Source: an uncultured delta proteobacterium | GTDB lineage: Bacteria; Desulfobacterota; Binatia; UBA9968 | Direction: 5' to 3' | Length of the DNA stretch: 64,000 bases | Assembly (NCBI GenBank): GCA_963737905.1 | Contig: CAVTUQ010000028.1 | Span: 32,001-96,000, forward strand | Shown: positions 30,422 through 40,621 of the stretch, piece by piece | Position numbering within the stretch: position 1 is the stretch's first letter | Layout of the letters: every line of letters starts with the position of its first letter | Translations under genes and position numbers: made by a program | The notes under the pieces: generated by a model | The model's input: the letters and a program-made list of their open reading frames with translations, nothing else | Database searches by the model: none | Told to the model about the DNA's origin: nothing

Positions 30422-30976
30422 CTACCCTTGTGGTCGACTCTCCCCTGCCTCGCCCGTCAGGAGGGCAAAGATCTCCCGCACGCTGTATTTATCCAAGGCT
30501 TCGGCAAGTTTGACGGCCAACCCTTTAAGTTCCTCGGCGCTCGAGGCGCTCAATTCTACCGAGAGCTTTCCTCCTTCCAACCCTGGAGGCACGGTAAGGC
30601 GGATCTGAGGGTGAAGTTTCAGTTCTTGAATTCGCAGCCGGATGGAATCCTCAGTCTGAGCCAGTCGAGGGAAGCGCAGCCTTCTTAACTCTTCCTTTAC
30701 TCGTTTAAGCTTGTCGGCTCGCCCCAATCGGGGATCGGATTCGATGTCGGTGATCGACCTCCGTGCTAGGATTTCCCCGATCGTTAATTGATCGCGCAGT
30801 GCGATCTCCTCGAGCCAGTCCATGAGATCGCGTAGATGGTTCTCTCCGACCTTGAGACCCACGGCGAGTCGTAGTAAGGCGTCTCTAGCCGGCTGATCCC
30901 AACCCAACCACCGCTGCAGCGTTTGCGGATGGAATCCCTTGCCCTTCGCATATTGGTGAATCTCGGTCTCCGACAT
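30422..30976 (-). CDS. Hypothetical helical protein
   Basis: ATG behind AGGAG, between the GT2 and SPL-like genes on the same strand; LRRLRFPRL motif. Confidence 0.7.
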   Translation of the reverse strand: MSETEIHQYAKGKGFHPQTLQRWLGWDQPARDALLRLAVGLKVGENHLRDLMDWLEEIALRDQLTIGEILARRSITDIESDPRLGRADKLKRVKEELRRLRFPRLAQTEDSIRLRIQELKLHPQIRLTVPPGLEGGKLSVELSASSAEELKGLAVKLAEALDKYSVREIFALLTGEAGESRPQG

Positions 30977-31808
30977 TTAGCCGCTCCTGGAGTAAGTCCG
31001 ACAGAATCGCCTCGTAGCTATTGGCTTCATGCTCTTTTCCTCTTTTTCTCGCGCCTTGGCACAGAACGAAAATTTTACGCTTCAATACCTCCAGCACCCA
31101 CTGTCGTTTTTCGCCGCTAAGTCCATTGGCCAAAAGGTTCCGCAAAGATTGTACCCGATAGCGATCCATTCCCCAGATGGAATGGGACAACTGGTCACTG
31201 TGGCCTCCTCGCTTGACAACCAGGGGCAGAGGGATCAATGGGACCAAGTGGTCGATCCCGATTCGCAGCCAGAGATCGTAGTCTTCACACACCGGGAAAT
31301 TTTCGTCGAACCCACCCAGTCGACTCAACAGTTCCTTCGTCATCATGACTGCGGACGGACTCACCAAGCAGAGATCGAGACTCCGCCGGAAAATATCGCC
31401 GGAAGGCTTCGCGTGTTTGCTCTTGGGATTCACCCTCACCCCGCGGCGAACCCAGATCTCCTCGGTCTGGCAGACTTGAACTTCATTGTGTTGCTCCATG
31501 AACCCCGTCTGGATTTCAAGTTTTTTGGCCAGCCAAAGGTCGTCCGAGTCCAAAAACGCTACATACCGTCCCGTTGCCATACCGAAACCATTATTGCGCG
31601 CGGCCGCCACGCCGCTTCTTTGCTGTACGACAAGTCGGATACTGGAACCGTACTGCGCCAAATGCTCAGCGGTCCCGTCGTTCGAGCCGTCATCGACGAC
31701 AATAAGCTCCCAAGCGTTATAGCTCTGCGCCAGCACCGATTCGATGGCCTGTCCGACCATGGGCCAGCGATTATAGGTGGGAATAATGACGCTTACGACC
31801 GGGAACAC
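30885..31808 (-). CDS. Glycosyltransferase family 2
   Basis: VSVIIPTYNR, VVDDGS, AARNNG, FLDSDD and CEDYDLW motifs. The 92-bp overlap with the next gene makes the 3' end doubtful. Confidence 0.9.
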   Translation of the reverse strand: MFPVVSVIIPTYNRWPMVGQAIESVLAQSYNAWELIVVDDGSNDGTAEHLAQYGSSIRLVVQQRSGVAAARNNGFGMATGRYVAFLDSDDLWLAKKLEIQTGFMEQHNEVQVCQTEEIWVRRGVRVNPKSKHAKPSGDIFRRSLDLCLVSPSAVMMTKELLSRLGGFDENFPVCEDYDLWLRIGIDHLVPLIPLPLVVKRGGHSDQLSHSIWGMDRYRVQSLRNLLANGLSGEKRQWVLEVLKRKIFVLCQGARKRGKEHEANSYEAILSDLLQERLNVGDRDSPICEGQGIPSANAAAVVGLGSAG

Positions 31809-31844
31809 GACGCTTCTCGAAGTAGTATCGTTTTGGCGAGCTTG

Positions 31845-32276
31845 TTAAATGAAACTTTCTATCTTCTTGAAAAACTGATCCAGCATCATCCTAGCTACGC
31901 CGTTCAGCATTCGCTGCCCGATACTGGCTATCAATCCCCCTACCTTCGCATCCGTGCTGTATTTGAGCACCGTCTGCCCGTCATTCTCCTCCAGGTCTAT
32001 GGACACGTCGCCTTGCATAAATCCCGGCCCGCCGGACCCCTCGCCGCTGAGAACGTAGTGAGAAGGCGCCTGCTTGTCCTTGATGGAAACCTTTCCTTTG
32101 TAAGTTCCCTTGACCGAAGCGACGCCAACCTTCATAGTCGCTTCGTATCGATCCGGCGCAATTTCGCTCATGTTCTCACATCCAGGCATACACTGGGCCA
32201 TGATCTTAGGATCGAGCAACACTTGCCAGACTTTCTCCCTCGGCGCGTTAAATGTATAGTTACCTGATATTTTCAA
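31845..32276 (-). CDS. CoxG/SRPBCC family protein
   Basis: APREKVWQVLLDP...CMPGC...VGGLIASIGQR motifs. Confidence 0.88.
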   Translation of the reverse strand: MKISGNYTFNAPREKVWQVLLDPKIMAQCMPGCENMSEIAPDRYEATMKVGVASVKGTYKGKVSIKDKQAPSHYVLSGEGSGGPGFMQGDVSIDLEENDGQTVLKYSTDAKVGGLIASIGQRMLNGVARMMLDQFFKKIESFI

Positions 32277-32464
32277 AGCGGCTGCCTCCGTTTACCAAGC
32301 GCTACGTGATGACCATCGACTCCGTTGCCGGCCTGTTGCCCGACCTGAGGATAGCGTCGTTAGAAAATAGCTTTCGTAGGCCTAAAAAACAATAGCAAAG
32401 CTTGATAAGACCTTGGCTTATTATTGATTCGACTGCCTACCTCCGCTAAACTTTCTGGAACGAG

Positions 32465-34513
32465 ATGATATCCAGAGCCAAATGCCTCCTGGTGATTTTC
32501 ATCCTTGCCGCCATCCCGTTTGTGAGCTTCGCCGAGGCGCCTAACCCCCGTGAGAACTTTGCGAAGGCTTATGCTTTGTATTCCAGCGGCAGCTTGGCGC
32601 CAGGCCAAAGAGTTATTCCAGCAAACTTTGGAGCCGGATTTCTCGCTGGCAGACTATAGCCTGTATTATCTGGCGTTAATCTCTTTCAAGGAAGGCAACT
32701 TCGACGCCGCAAAGCAGTTTCTTTCCCAGCTCAGGAGGCGCTATCCGCAAAGTATTTGGGTTTACCCGTCCGAGCTCCAGCGAGCAAAAATCGATCTGGC
32801 AGAGAAAAAATATACCCAGGCCAGCAACGCTCTGCGTTCGCTCCGCGCCGAGAGAGGCGTTAGACCAGAAATCGTTGATGAAGCGATTTTTCTTCAGGCG
32901 CAGGCACAAGAGGCGCTGGCAGATCTCAGTGAGGCGCATGAACTCTATTCAGAATTGAGAGCCCGGTTTCCCCGTTCGCGTTGGGCAGGGCCGGCACGTG
33001 CGGCTCTCCAGCGGCTGAGGGGAAAGTATCCGGACCAGTTCGGACTTAATACGAGTCAAGCGATTGCGGACGAGGCGGATCGGCTCGTGCGGGAAGGACA
33101 ACACGGTGAAGCAGAGGCTCTCTACAAGAAGCTCTTGGGTAACAATCCCGAGCCGGTCTTCCGTCTTCGGATATTGACGAAACTCACCGATTTCTATCTC
33201 TCGATTCGCAAGCGAAACGAAGCGATTCCCCTCCTGGAACAGATCGCTCGGGACTATCCAAAGAGCCCGGAGGCTCCCAAAGCGCTTTATCAAATCGGCC
33301 AGGTCCTGTGGAATCGACACGACAACGGACAGGCGCTCGATTATTTCAGACAGATCATGGAGCATTATCCGACCAGCCCCTACGTCGAAAGATCCCGCTA
33401 TGCCGCCGCGCGACATTTACGAGTCGTTCGGCCGACAAGCCAGAAGCGATCGCTCTGTATACGAGCATCATGAAAAACTTTCCCAACAGCCAGGTGCACG
33501 ATGACGCCGCTTCACGCCTCGCCTGGCTCTACTACCGCGACGGGGAATGGGGACAGGCCTATGCAACCTTTCAAATCCTGGCCACACAGGCCAGGGACAT
33601 CGGATTTCGAACAGCAGGATTGTATTGGCAGGGCCGCAGTGCCGAGAAGCTCGGTGAGACCGAGACCGCCGTCCGAATTTATCGACAGATCGTCGATGGC
33701 AGCGAAGAATCTTATTATCAGGCTCTGGCCTTAGGTGCCCTGGTTAGAGCGGGAATCGCACTTGAGCAACCCCAAATCAGCGCTTTGCCTCCCGTCGAGG
33801 AAGCCGATCCTCCGATAGGCGCTGAAATTGCTTACCACCTCTCCCGTGCACGGGAGCTTTCCGCTATTGCGCTTCACCGCTTGGCGGTGGCGGAGCTCAA
33901 TGAGGTCGATCGTCTTTCCAAAAACCAGTCTGGGCTACGCCCTTTACTGATGCACGAATATTTCAAAAACCACGCTTACGGCAGTAGCCTTGCCATTGCC
34001 AATCAACTTCCGAGTTCCCAAAGCGAGCGCAACCTCTATCGGTTTCCCCTGGCTTACTGGGAAATGATTCAACAGAAGGCCAAGGAGCGGGAGCTTGATC
34101 CTTATCTCATTCTCGCGTTGATTCGCCAGGAGAGCCTGTTCGACCCCCAGGCTCGCTCGCCGGCAGCGGCCCTAGGTTTGATGCAACTGTTGCCATCAAC
34201 GGCAGCGCGAGTCGCCAAACAAATCGGGGTCTCCCCGCCCTCCAACGAGCAATTGTTCCAACCGGAGATCAATCTCATTCTCGGCACTCAGTATTTGAGG
34301 GGTCTTCTGCAACGTTATTCAAATGACTGGTTCAAAGCCATCGCCGCCTACAATGCCGGCGAGGCCGCAGTGGATCGTTGGGAGAAAGAGATTCTGACCG
34401 ATGACGCGGAGGAATTCGTCGAGCGTATCCCCTACCTAGAAACCCGCAGTTACGTTAAACTAGTGATGCGCAACCACCGAATCTATAGTCGCCTATACGA
34501 CCAAAAAAAATGA
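32465..34513 (+). CDS. TPR-containing soluble lytic transglycosylase, two apparent frameshifts
   Basis: Signal peptide (32465), TPR repeats (32550-33473) and SLT domain IRQES, GLMQL, AYNAG, ETRSYV (33308-34513) in overlapping frames. Confidence 0.85.
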
Positions 34514-35280
34514 GCCGACCGAGCACGAGCCAGGCCCCGTTAATCGGCATTACCGCCGATCTGTCGGGGGCTGCGGCGAACGGCACTGACCCCGCGCAAG
34601 AACCCACCCTGTTTTTGCCCCGACGCTATTGCCGCACCATCCAGGAAGTGGGTGGAATTCCTCTTATCCTCCCGCCAATCGCTTCCCAGACCAGGCTTCG
34701 CAGGGTACTGCAGCGGCTAGACGGCGTCGTGATCAGCGGGGGAAATTTCGACATCCACCCAAGCTATTACGGTGAAAAGCCGATCCGTGCTTTAGGCGTG
34801 ATCAAAAAGGAAAGGACAGAGTTTGAGTTGGAATTGGTTGATTTGGCTTTGAACCAAGATCGACCGCTTCTGGGAGTCTGTGGCGGCGCGCAGGCAATCA
34901 ATGTGGCCTTGGGCGGGTCTCTTTACCAAGATATCGCAACCCAGCTTCCAAACGCCACCCGACACGATCAAGGTGCAATAAGAGACCAAGGCGGTCATCC
35001 AATCATAATTCATTCTGGGACGCAGCTCCGGCAGATCGTGCAACGGCAGAGCCTGGAGGTCAACACGACCCACCACCAAGCCGTCAGAAGAGTCGGCAGG
35101 GGGCTAGTCGTCAATGCCACCGCCGAAGATGGACTGATCGAAGGGCTTGAGAGCTCTAACCACAGTTTCGTTCTTGGAGTGCAATGGCACCCCGAGATTC
35201 TGGCGCGCAAAGATCCCCCCCAACGCAGGCTCTTCGCTTCCTTCATTTCTGCTTCAAAACGTCTCCATCGCGGGATTTGA
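34510..35280 (+). CDS. Gamma-glutamyl-gamma-aminobutyrate hydrolase family (peptidase C26)
   Basis: LGVCGG nucleophile elbow, HHQA and GVQWHPE motifs. Confidence 0.9.
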   Translation: MSRPSTSQAPLIGITADLSGAAANGTDPAQEPTLFLPRRYCRTIQEVGGIPLILPPIASQTRLRRVLQRLDGVVISGGNFDIHPSYYGEKPIRALGVIKKERTEFELELVDLALNQDRPLLGVCGGAQAINVALGGSLYQDIATQLPNATRHDQGAIRDQGGHPIIIHSGTQLRQIVQRQSLEVNTTHHQAVRRVGRGLVVNATAEDGLIEGLESSNHSFVLGVQWHPEILARKDPPQRRLFASFISASKRLHRGI

Positions 35281-35292
35281 AGCGAGAGACCC

Positions 35293-37635
35293 ATGCCCCC
35301 TGCGCTTTTTAACCTGGCTAACTATACTTTCAACCCATACGCGATACCGACCTTGGTTACCGGCATCGCGATCATTGCTTTGGGCTTTATCGTGCTCGTC
35401 GGGGAGCGCAACTCCCGTGTCGGTCTTTCTTTCTTTATCATGACCGTTACTGCTGCGATCTGGCTTTTCTGCTACTCTCTCATGTATTGCGCGGTGGCTG
35501 CGCCCGTGGCGAGCACGTGGGCTGTTACGGGACAATTGGGGGTCGTCTTTATTCCCGCGGCTGTATATCACTTCACCGTCGACACGTTAGAAATCTATTC
35601 ACGGCACAAGAGCCGCGTCCGGCTCGCTTGGCTCGTCTCCGGGGTTTTTTTTGTCACCGTTCCTTATGGCAACATCTTTATCAGCGGCGTCAATCGCTTT
35701 TGGTGGGGCTATTACGCTCGCTATGAATGGGCGAGTATACCTTTTCTTGGTTTTTTCTTCGGCTTAATGGCGTTGAGTCTACACCACTACTGGCAGGAAT
35801 ATCATGCGGCAGCGCCCGGCGCGGGAAAACAGAGAACGAAGGCATTGTTCTTCGCTTTCTGTATAGCGTATCTCGGCTCCTTTGATTATCTGGCTGCTTT
35901 TGGCGTTCCTCTCTACCCGTTCGGTCATCTCGCGGTGCTGGGTTTCATCGTCCTCACGGCACGGGCCGTGTGGCGCTTTAGGCTCGTCGACATTACCCCG
36001 GCCTTTGCCGCAACGGAGATCATCAACGCCATGGCAGACGCCCTTCTTGTTTTGGACAATGAGGGAACCGTTCGAGTAGCAAATCGAGCCGCCTGCCAGT
36101 TATTCAGGCGTCCCGAAAGCGTGCTGATCGGAAGCCGCATCCAGAACTTGACCTCCATCATTGCCCCTCCAGAATTTATTCTCGACCGCGTCATTTTGAG
36201 TGGTTCTATTCGCGACTACGAATTCCCGCTGATCGATGAACATGCGGGTCGCGCCACCCTGAGCGTTTCCTCCTTCGTTATGCGCGATGATCCAGCCATG
36301 GATCCTCTTGCCCTCGTCTGCATCGTTCGGGACGTGACGGAGCAGAGGCAAGCCCAGCTGGATATCCACCGCCATACAGAACGTCAGGTCGCGCTCTACG
36401 AAATTAACCTTGCCACAACCTCCACTCTGGAATTGCGCGTCGTGCTCAACATCCTTTTGGAAAAACTTACCACCCTGGTGCCGGAAACCGCGACGACGAT
36501 CATGTTGCTTGAAAAGAAAGGGGGGCGGCTTATTAAAGTCGCTGCGCGGGGTATAGACGAAGAGGCATGGAAAGCCCACAGCGCGGGCCACGGTGAGGGC
36601 ACACATCCTGCACTGCCGGCTAGAGAAACTATCCGAATTTCCAACATTCAGGTTTCTCGCAATGGCCTAGACTTAGACTTTTTTCGCGGGAGCGGGTTCG
36701 CTTCCTACCTCGGCGTGCCGTTGATAGCCCAGGATAAAGTGCTCGGCATTCTCTCTTTTTATTGCCGAAAAGAGCGCTATTTTAGCGATGAAGAAATCAA
36801 CTTCCTGCGCACCCTCGCCGGCCAGGCTGCCGGAGCGATCCAAAACTCCCAACTCTATGAGCAAACGAAACAACAGGCCATCGATCTTGAAAAAGCCAAC
36901 AAAGTTAAAGACGAATTTCTGGGTGTCATGTCCCACGAACTGCGTACCCCCCTGAATGTCATCGCTGGCTATACAAAAATTGTCCAAGACGGAGTCCTGG
37001 GCGAGGTTAATGCCGAACAGGTCAACGCGCTCGATAAAGTAACTCGCCACTCCAATGAACTGCTGGTGATGGTCAACAGCATCATGGATGCGACCAAGAT
37101 TGAGGCCGGGGCAGTCGTTGTGGAGTGCGACGAGCTAGCTCTGCCCGAATTTTTCGACGAGCTAAAGCTGCTTTATGAATATCCCCTGGGAAAGGATGTA
37201 AGCCTGCGTTGGGACTATGCCCCAAACCTCCCTATAATCCGCACGGACCGTGACAAACTCAAGCACATCTTGCAAAATCTGATCAACAACGCCCTGAAGT
37301 TTACGGAGGTCGGTCATGTCACTGTGTTTGCCCGTCACGTAGCGGGGTTGAACCGGGTCGAACTCAGTGTGGCTGATACCGGGATCGGCATTGCCCCCCG
37401 AGATTTACCACTAGTCTTCGCAAAATTTCTTCAACTCGACGCTTCTAGAACTCGATCCCAAGGCGGCGTCGGATTGGGGCTGCACATCGTCAAAACCTTT
37501 TCCCAGGTACTCGGGGGTACGGTCAACGTCACCAGCCAACCCGGAGAAGGAACTACTTTTACCGTGACGCTTCCGTGCGTCTACGAGGGAGTGGGTGCGG
37601 TCCGAACCTATACGCGCCGACTTCCCGAAGCCTAA
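35293..37635 (+). CDS. Membrane sensor histidine kinase (7TM-PAS-GAF-HisKA-HATPase)
   Basis: About seven hydrophobic helices, PAS (DALLVLD...RDVTE), GAF (YLGVPL), SHELRTPL, NALKFT and GLGL. Confidence 0.92.
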   Translation: MPPALFNLANYTFNPYAIPTLVTGIAIIALGFIVLVGERNSRVGLSFFIMTVTAAIWLFCYSLMYCAVAAPVASTWAVTGQLGVVFIPAAVYHFTVDTLEIYSRHKSRVRLAWLVSGVFFVTVPYGNIFISGVNRFWWGYYARYEWASIPFLGFFFGLMALSLHHYWQEYHAAAPGAGKQRTKALFFAFCIAYLGSFDYLAAFGVPLYPFGHLAVLGFIVLTARAVWRFRLVDITPAFAATEIINAMADALLVLDNEGTVRVANRAACQLFRRPESVLIGSRIQNLTSIIAPPEFILDRVILSGSIRDYEFPLIDEHAGRATLSVSSFVMRDDPAMDPLALVCIVRDVTEQRQAQLDIHRHTERQVALYEINLATTSTLELRVVLNILLEKLTTLVPETATTIMLLEKKGGRLIKVAARGIDEEAWKAHSAGHGEGTHPALPARETIRISNIQVSRNGLDLDFFRGSGFASYLGVPLIAQDKVLGILSFYCRKERYFSDEEINFLRTLAGQAAGAIQNSQLYEQTKQQAIDLEKANKVKDEFLGVMSHELRTPLNVIAGYTKIVQDGVLGEVNAEQVNALDKVTRHSNELLVMVNSIMDATKIEAGAVVVECDELALPEFFDELKLLYEYPLGKDVSLRWDYAPNLPIIRTDRDKLKHILQNLINNALKFTEVGHVTVFARHVAGLNRVELSVADTGIGIAPRDLPLVFAKFLQLDASRTRSQGGVGLGLHIVKTFSQVLGGTVNVTSQPGEGTTFTVTLPCVYEGVGAVRTYTRRLPEA

Positions 37636-37659
37636 CCCTAATCGTAGCCCTCGCTTCCA

Positions 37660-37960
37660 CTGCTTTGCTCCGCCGGATTCGGAGCGGGTGTCCAAGGCCG
37701 TGATCGATTATTTGATCACGCGGCCGGATGTCGATCCCGAACGGATCGGGCTTCACGGCTCCAGCATGGGCGGCTACTCCGGGCCACGTTGCGCCACCGT
37801 GGAAAAACGGATCAAAGCCGTAGCGGTTTGGAGCGGCGCCTGCAATCTGGTCGATGATATCATCGGCTATTATCCGCCCATTCAAGATCGCTTGAGATGG
37901 CTGATGGGGGCGCCAAGGACCTCAAAGAGGCCAGAGAAGGAATCAAAGAATTTTAACTGA
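37660..37960 (+). pseudogene. Internal fragment of an alpha/beta hydrolase
   Basis: AVIDYLITRPDVDPERIGLHGSSMGGY (GxSxG) with no N-terminus and no C-terminal catalytic His region. Confidence 0.65.
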
Positions 37961-38179
37961 CCCGGATTCCTATCTCTTCTCGAGCCCCTCTTGAGCAAAT
38001 CAGTCCAACTAAAGAGCGGAGGGGAGTTCTAGTGGGAAATGCTGCCAAACGGATCGAGCGAAAAATCAAAACGCCGTACTTTCGGTTGACAGGTTGGCAG
38101 CGATGCCTCACAATTTCACTTTCAGTGTTTAGATTTTGTCCTTTTTTCAATTCGCGAAGGTACCGGAAAGGAGAATGAA

Positions 38180-38749
38180 ATGATCGGTCTGGTTTGGAGC
38201 TTACTGGCCTCGTTTATACTAATTGGCTGTGGAGGAGCACAGGTTGCGCAGATGCAAGATCCGCAGTCCCCGCAATGGACGGTGGAGAACCCCAATGCAG
38301 CCGCCGGGAGGAACCTTGGATCTGAAGGCAAAAGGTTGACTTCAGCGCCCTCCAGCCTGGAAGCGTTACAGAGCGGTCAGAGTACCGCGACGCCTGCATC
38401 CAGCCCAGTCAAGGACGTTTATTTTGGGTTCGATCGTTACGATCTAACCGAAGAAGGGCGCTCGACTCTCAAAGCGAATGCGGAATGGCTTAAGAACAAC
38501 CCCACGTTGCGTATGCAAATCGAGGGACACTGTGACGAGCGGGGCACAGCCGATTATAACCTGGCGCTGGGCGCGAAGCGTGCACAAACAGCGAAGGACT
38601 ATCTCATGACTCTCGGTATCAGTGCCGCGCGGCTATCGACGATCAGTTACGGAGCGGAGATCCCAGTGTGCAAGGAGCATACCGAGGATTGCTGGGCGCA
38701 AAATCGGCGTGCTCGCTTCGTTATCGCCTCGGGCCAACCGACGTCGTGA
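38180..38749 (+). CDS. pal: Peptidoglycan-associated lipoprotein (OmpA-like domain)
   Basis: Lipobox LIGC, VYFGFD, IEGHCDERG, YNLALG, SYG and NRR; AGGAG RBS. Confidence 0.9.
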   Translation: MIGLVWSLLASFILIGCGGAQVAQMQDPQSPQWTVENPNAAAGRNLGSEGKRLTSAPSSLEALQSGQSTATPASSPVKDVYFGFDRYDLTEEGRSTLKANAEWLKNNPTLRMQIEGHCDERGTADYNLALGAKRAQTAKDYLMTLGISAARLSTISYGAEIPVCKEHTEDCWAQNRRARFVIASGQPTS

Positions 38750-38839
38750 CAAACCGGTCAATTTAATTTCGTCAGAATCCCGGGCCACGGCTAAACTCAC
38801 AAAGCCGCCATCCAGCAGCAACGCTGCAGAATATAGATT

Positions 38840-38880
38840 AAAAGGGCTCGATCTCTTAATGGGATCGGGCCCTTTTTTTT
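38840..38880 (+). terminator. Rho-independent terminator
   Basis: AAAGGGCTCGATC...GATCGGGCCC stem followed by T8. Confidence 0.85.
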
Positions 38881-38971
38881 GGAGTAGCCCTCGCAAACGG
38901 CAAGCCTAGTCTTGACTTTTGCGTTGGATCACGTTGGTAAATGACTAGTAAGATGTCGTACGCACATACCT

Positions 38972-40591
38972 ATGGATAAAACCCTTCAACAACTAATTGG
39001 TCTTGTCGAGAACGGATCGGTTGAACAGCGTTGCGCAGCGTTGCTGGTGTTGGCGGCACTTAAAGCGCAGAACTCTGAAGTCATAAAGTCAGTAGCTGCA
39101 GCATTGGATGATGCCAATCCGGTGCTCAAAGACTATGCCCTTCGTTACTTAGAACAAGTGCAAACCAAGTCATATGTTCCCTGGCTGCTCCGTTTTTTGG
39201 ACGATCCCGACAAGGAAACGCAAGAGCGAGTGATTCAATTACTGAGCGGCGCTGGTCAGTCGGCAGTCGACGTCCTGGTAAAGCAGACAACCCATGGATC
39301 GCGCGTATGGCAACTGAACGCCGCCCGCGTTTTCTGCGTGGTGCGCGGTAAAGTAGCCATCAAGGGTTTGCTCCAGCTCCTCATTTCCGGAACTGACGAA
39401 TTCAATAGAGCGGTGTGTGACTTGATGGTACCGGCGATTCGTGGGATGAAATCCAAAGAGCAGGAGTTGCTTTATAGCGCAGTTGAGGCTTTCGCTACGA
39501 AGCTCGACGCCAAGCAGCAGCGGCCCGCCGTGGTCTCCGCGCTACGCTTGTTAGGCCAAGGCGGTTTTCCACAAGCCCGCCGCTGGCTCCTCAAATTCAT
39601 TGGGCCTGAGCACCCTGCTATCCTTCGCTCTCATGCCTTGGTGGCGTTGCTCCACTGCCTCAGACAGCAGGACTTGAGAAAAGAAGAACATGCGAAACTT
39701 TTCGCTCTACTTGAAGAACCGGAGTTTTCCGAGGTCACACGTCTGGTTCTAGAACTGCTCGACGCCCACGAGCTGCCCGAGGACGCTCGACCCTTGCTTT
39801 CCCGTCTGATGCAAAGTCCCCACGGGGAGGTACAGAAGTTCGCGCTGCGTAAGATGGGAGCTTTCAGCACACCGGCAACCGTGCGCACCTTGGTCGAACA
39901 GCTGGGCGATCCGGACTATCGGCGACGCGACGTTGCTGCAAGCTCGCTGCGCAAGATTCCTGAAGCCCGCGCCACACTCATCAAGGAACTGGTAACTTGC
40001 GACGACGCCAGCAAAGCCTGGAGCATTGCCGAGCTACTACCTTCTTTCGAAGGCAAGTGGCGGCAGGATACGTTGGAATTGTTGTGGAAACGATTACAAG
40101 CGGCTTTGACCGCCGAAGAGCGGATTCACACAGCTTTTTTGCACGTGCTCAAGCTAGCGGATGCGGTTTACACTCGTGAGCAGCTCGCCGCCCACGGCGC
40201 GCGGCTCGTGAAGGCGAAAAAATACAAGGAAGCAGTGGCCTATCTCACCCCGCTCAAAGATTTTGCCGAAGTCGAGCCGGAGAACAAATTCCACCTCGCG
40301 GTGGCGCAGCTCAAATTGCATTCTCATACGCTGGCGGGCCATCGTCACCATCCGGCCGTGGAATTGCTCGCGGATCTCTATCGCAATTCGGCTTATCCGC
40401 TATTTGAAGCGCTCAGGAAAGAAAGAAGTCTGGCGCCCGAGGAAGTCTTCTCGCTTGGATTTAACTTCGTCGAGCGCCCGGGAGATGAGCGTAGCCTGGG
40501 CAAAGATCTCTTGGAACATATCGCCAGTAAATTCCCTCGCAACAAAATCGGCAAAAGCGCCAAAAACAAATTGAAGTTGCTCGCGCGGTAA
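38972..40591 (+). CDS. HEAT-repeat protein of unknown function
   Basis: Repeated LxDxDxxVRxxA-type helical units (LDDANPVLKDYAL, LDDPDKETQER, LGDPDYRRRDVAA) and TPR-like C-terminus. Confidence 0.75.
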   Translation: MDKTLQQLIGLVENGSVEQRCAALLVLAALKAQNSEVIKSVAAALDDANPVLKDYALRYLEQVQTKSYVPWLLRFLDDPDKETQERVIQLLSGAGQSAVDVLVKQTTHGSRVWQLNAARVFCVVRGKVAIKGLLQLLISGTDEFNRAVCDLMVPAIRGMKSKEQELLYSAVEAFATKLDAKQQRPAVVSALRLLGQGGFPQARRWLLKFIGPEHPAILRSHALVALLHCLRQQDLRKEEHAKLFALLEEPEFSEVTRLVLELLDAHELPEDARPLLSRLMQSPHGEVQKFALRKMGAFSTPATVRTLVEQLGDPDYRRRDVAASSLRKIPEARATLIKELVTCDDASKAWSIAELLPSFEGKWRQDTLELLWKRLQAALTAEERIHTAFLHVLKLADAVYTREQLAAHGARLVKAKKYKEAVAYLTPLKDFAEVEPENKFHLAVAQLKLHSHTLAGHRHHPAVELLADLYRNSAYPLFEALRKERSLAPEEVFSLGFNFVERPGDERSLGKDLLEHIASKFPRNKIGKSAKNKLKLLAR

Positions 40592-40621
40592 CAAGGAGTC
40601 CCTTCCATCCGCGTTCATGAG

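Noticed and set aside
31029-32267. 412-aa plus-strand ORF
   Set aside because: Antisense to the GT2 and CoxG genes; no motifs.
31845-32276. CO dehydrogenase operon
   Set aside because: Only a coxG-like gene is present; there is no coxLMS.
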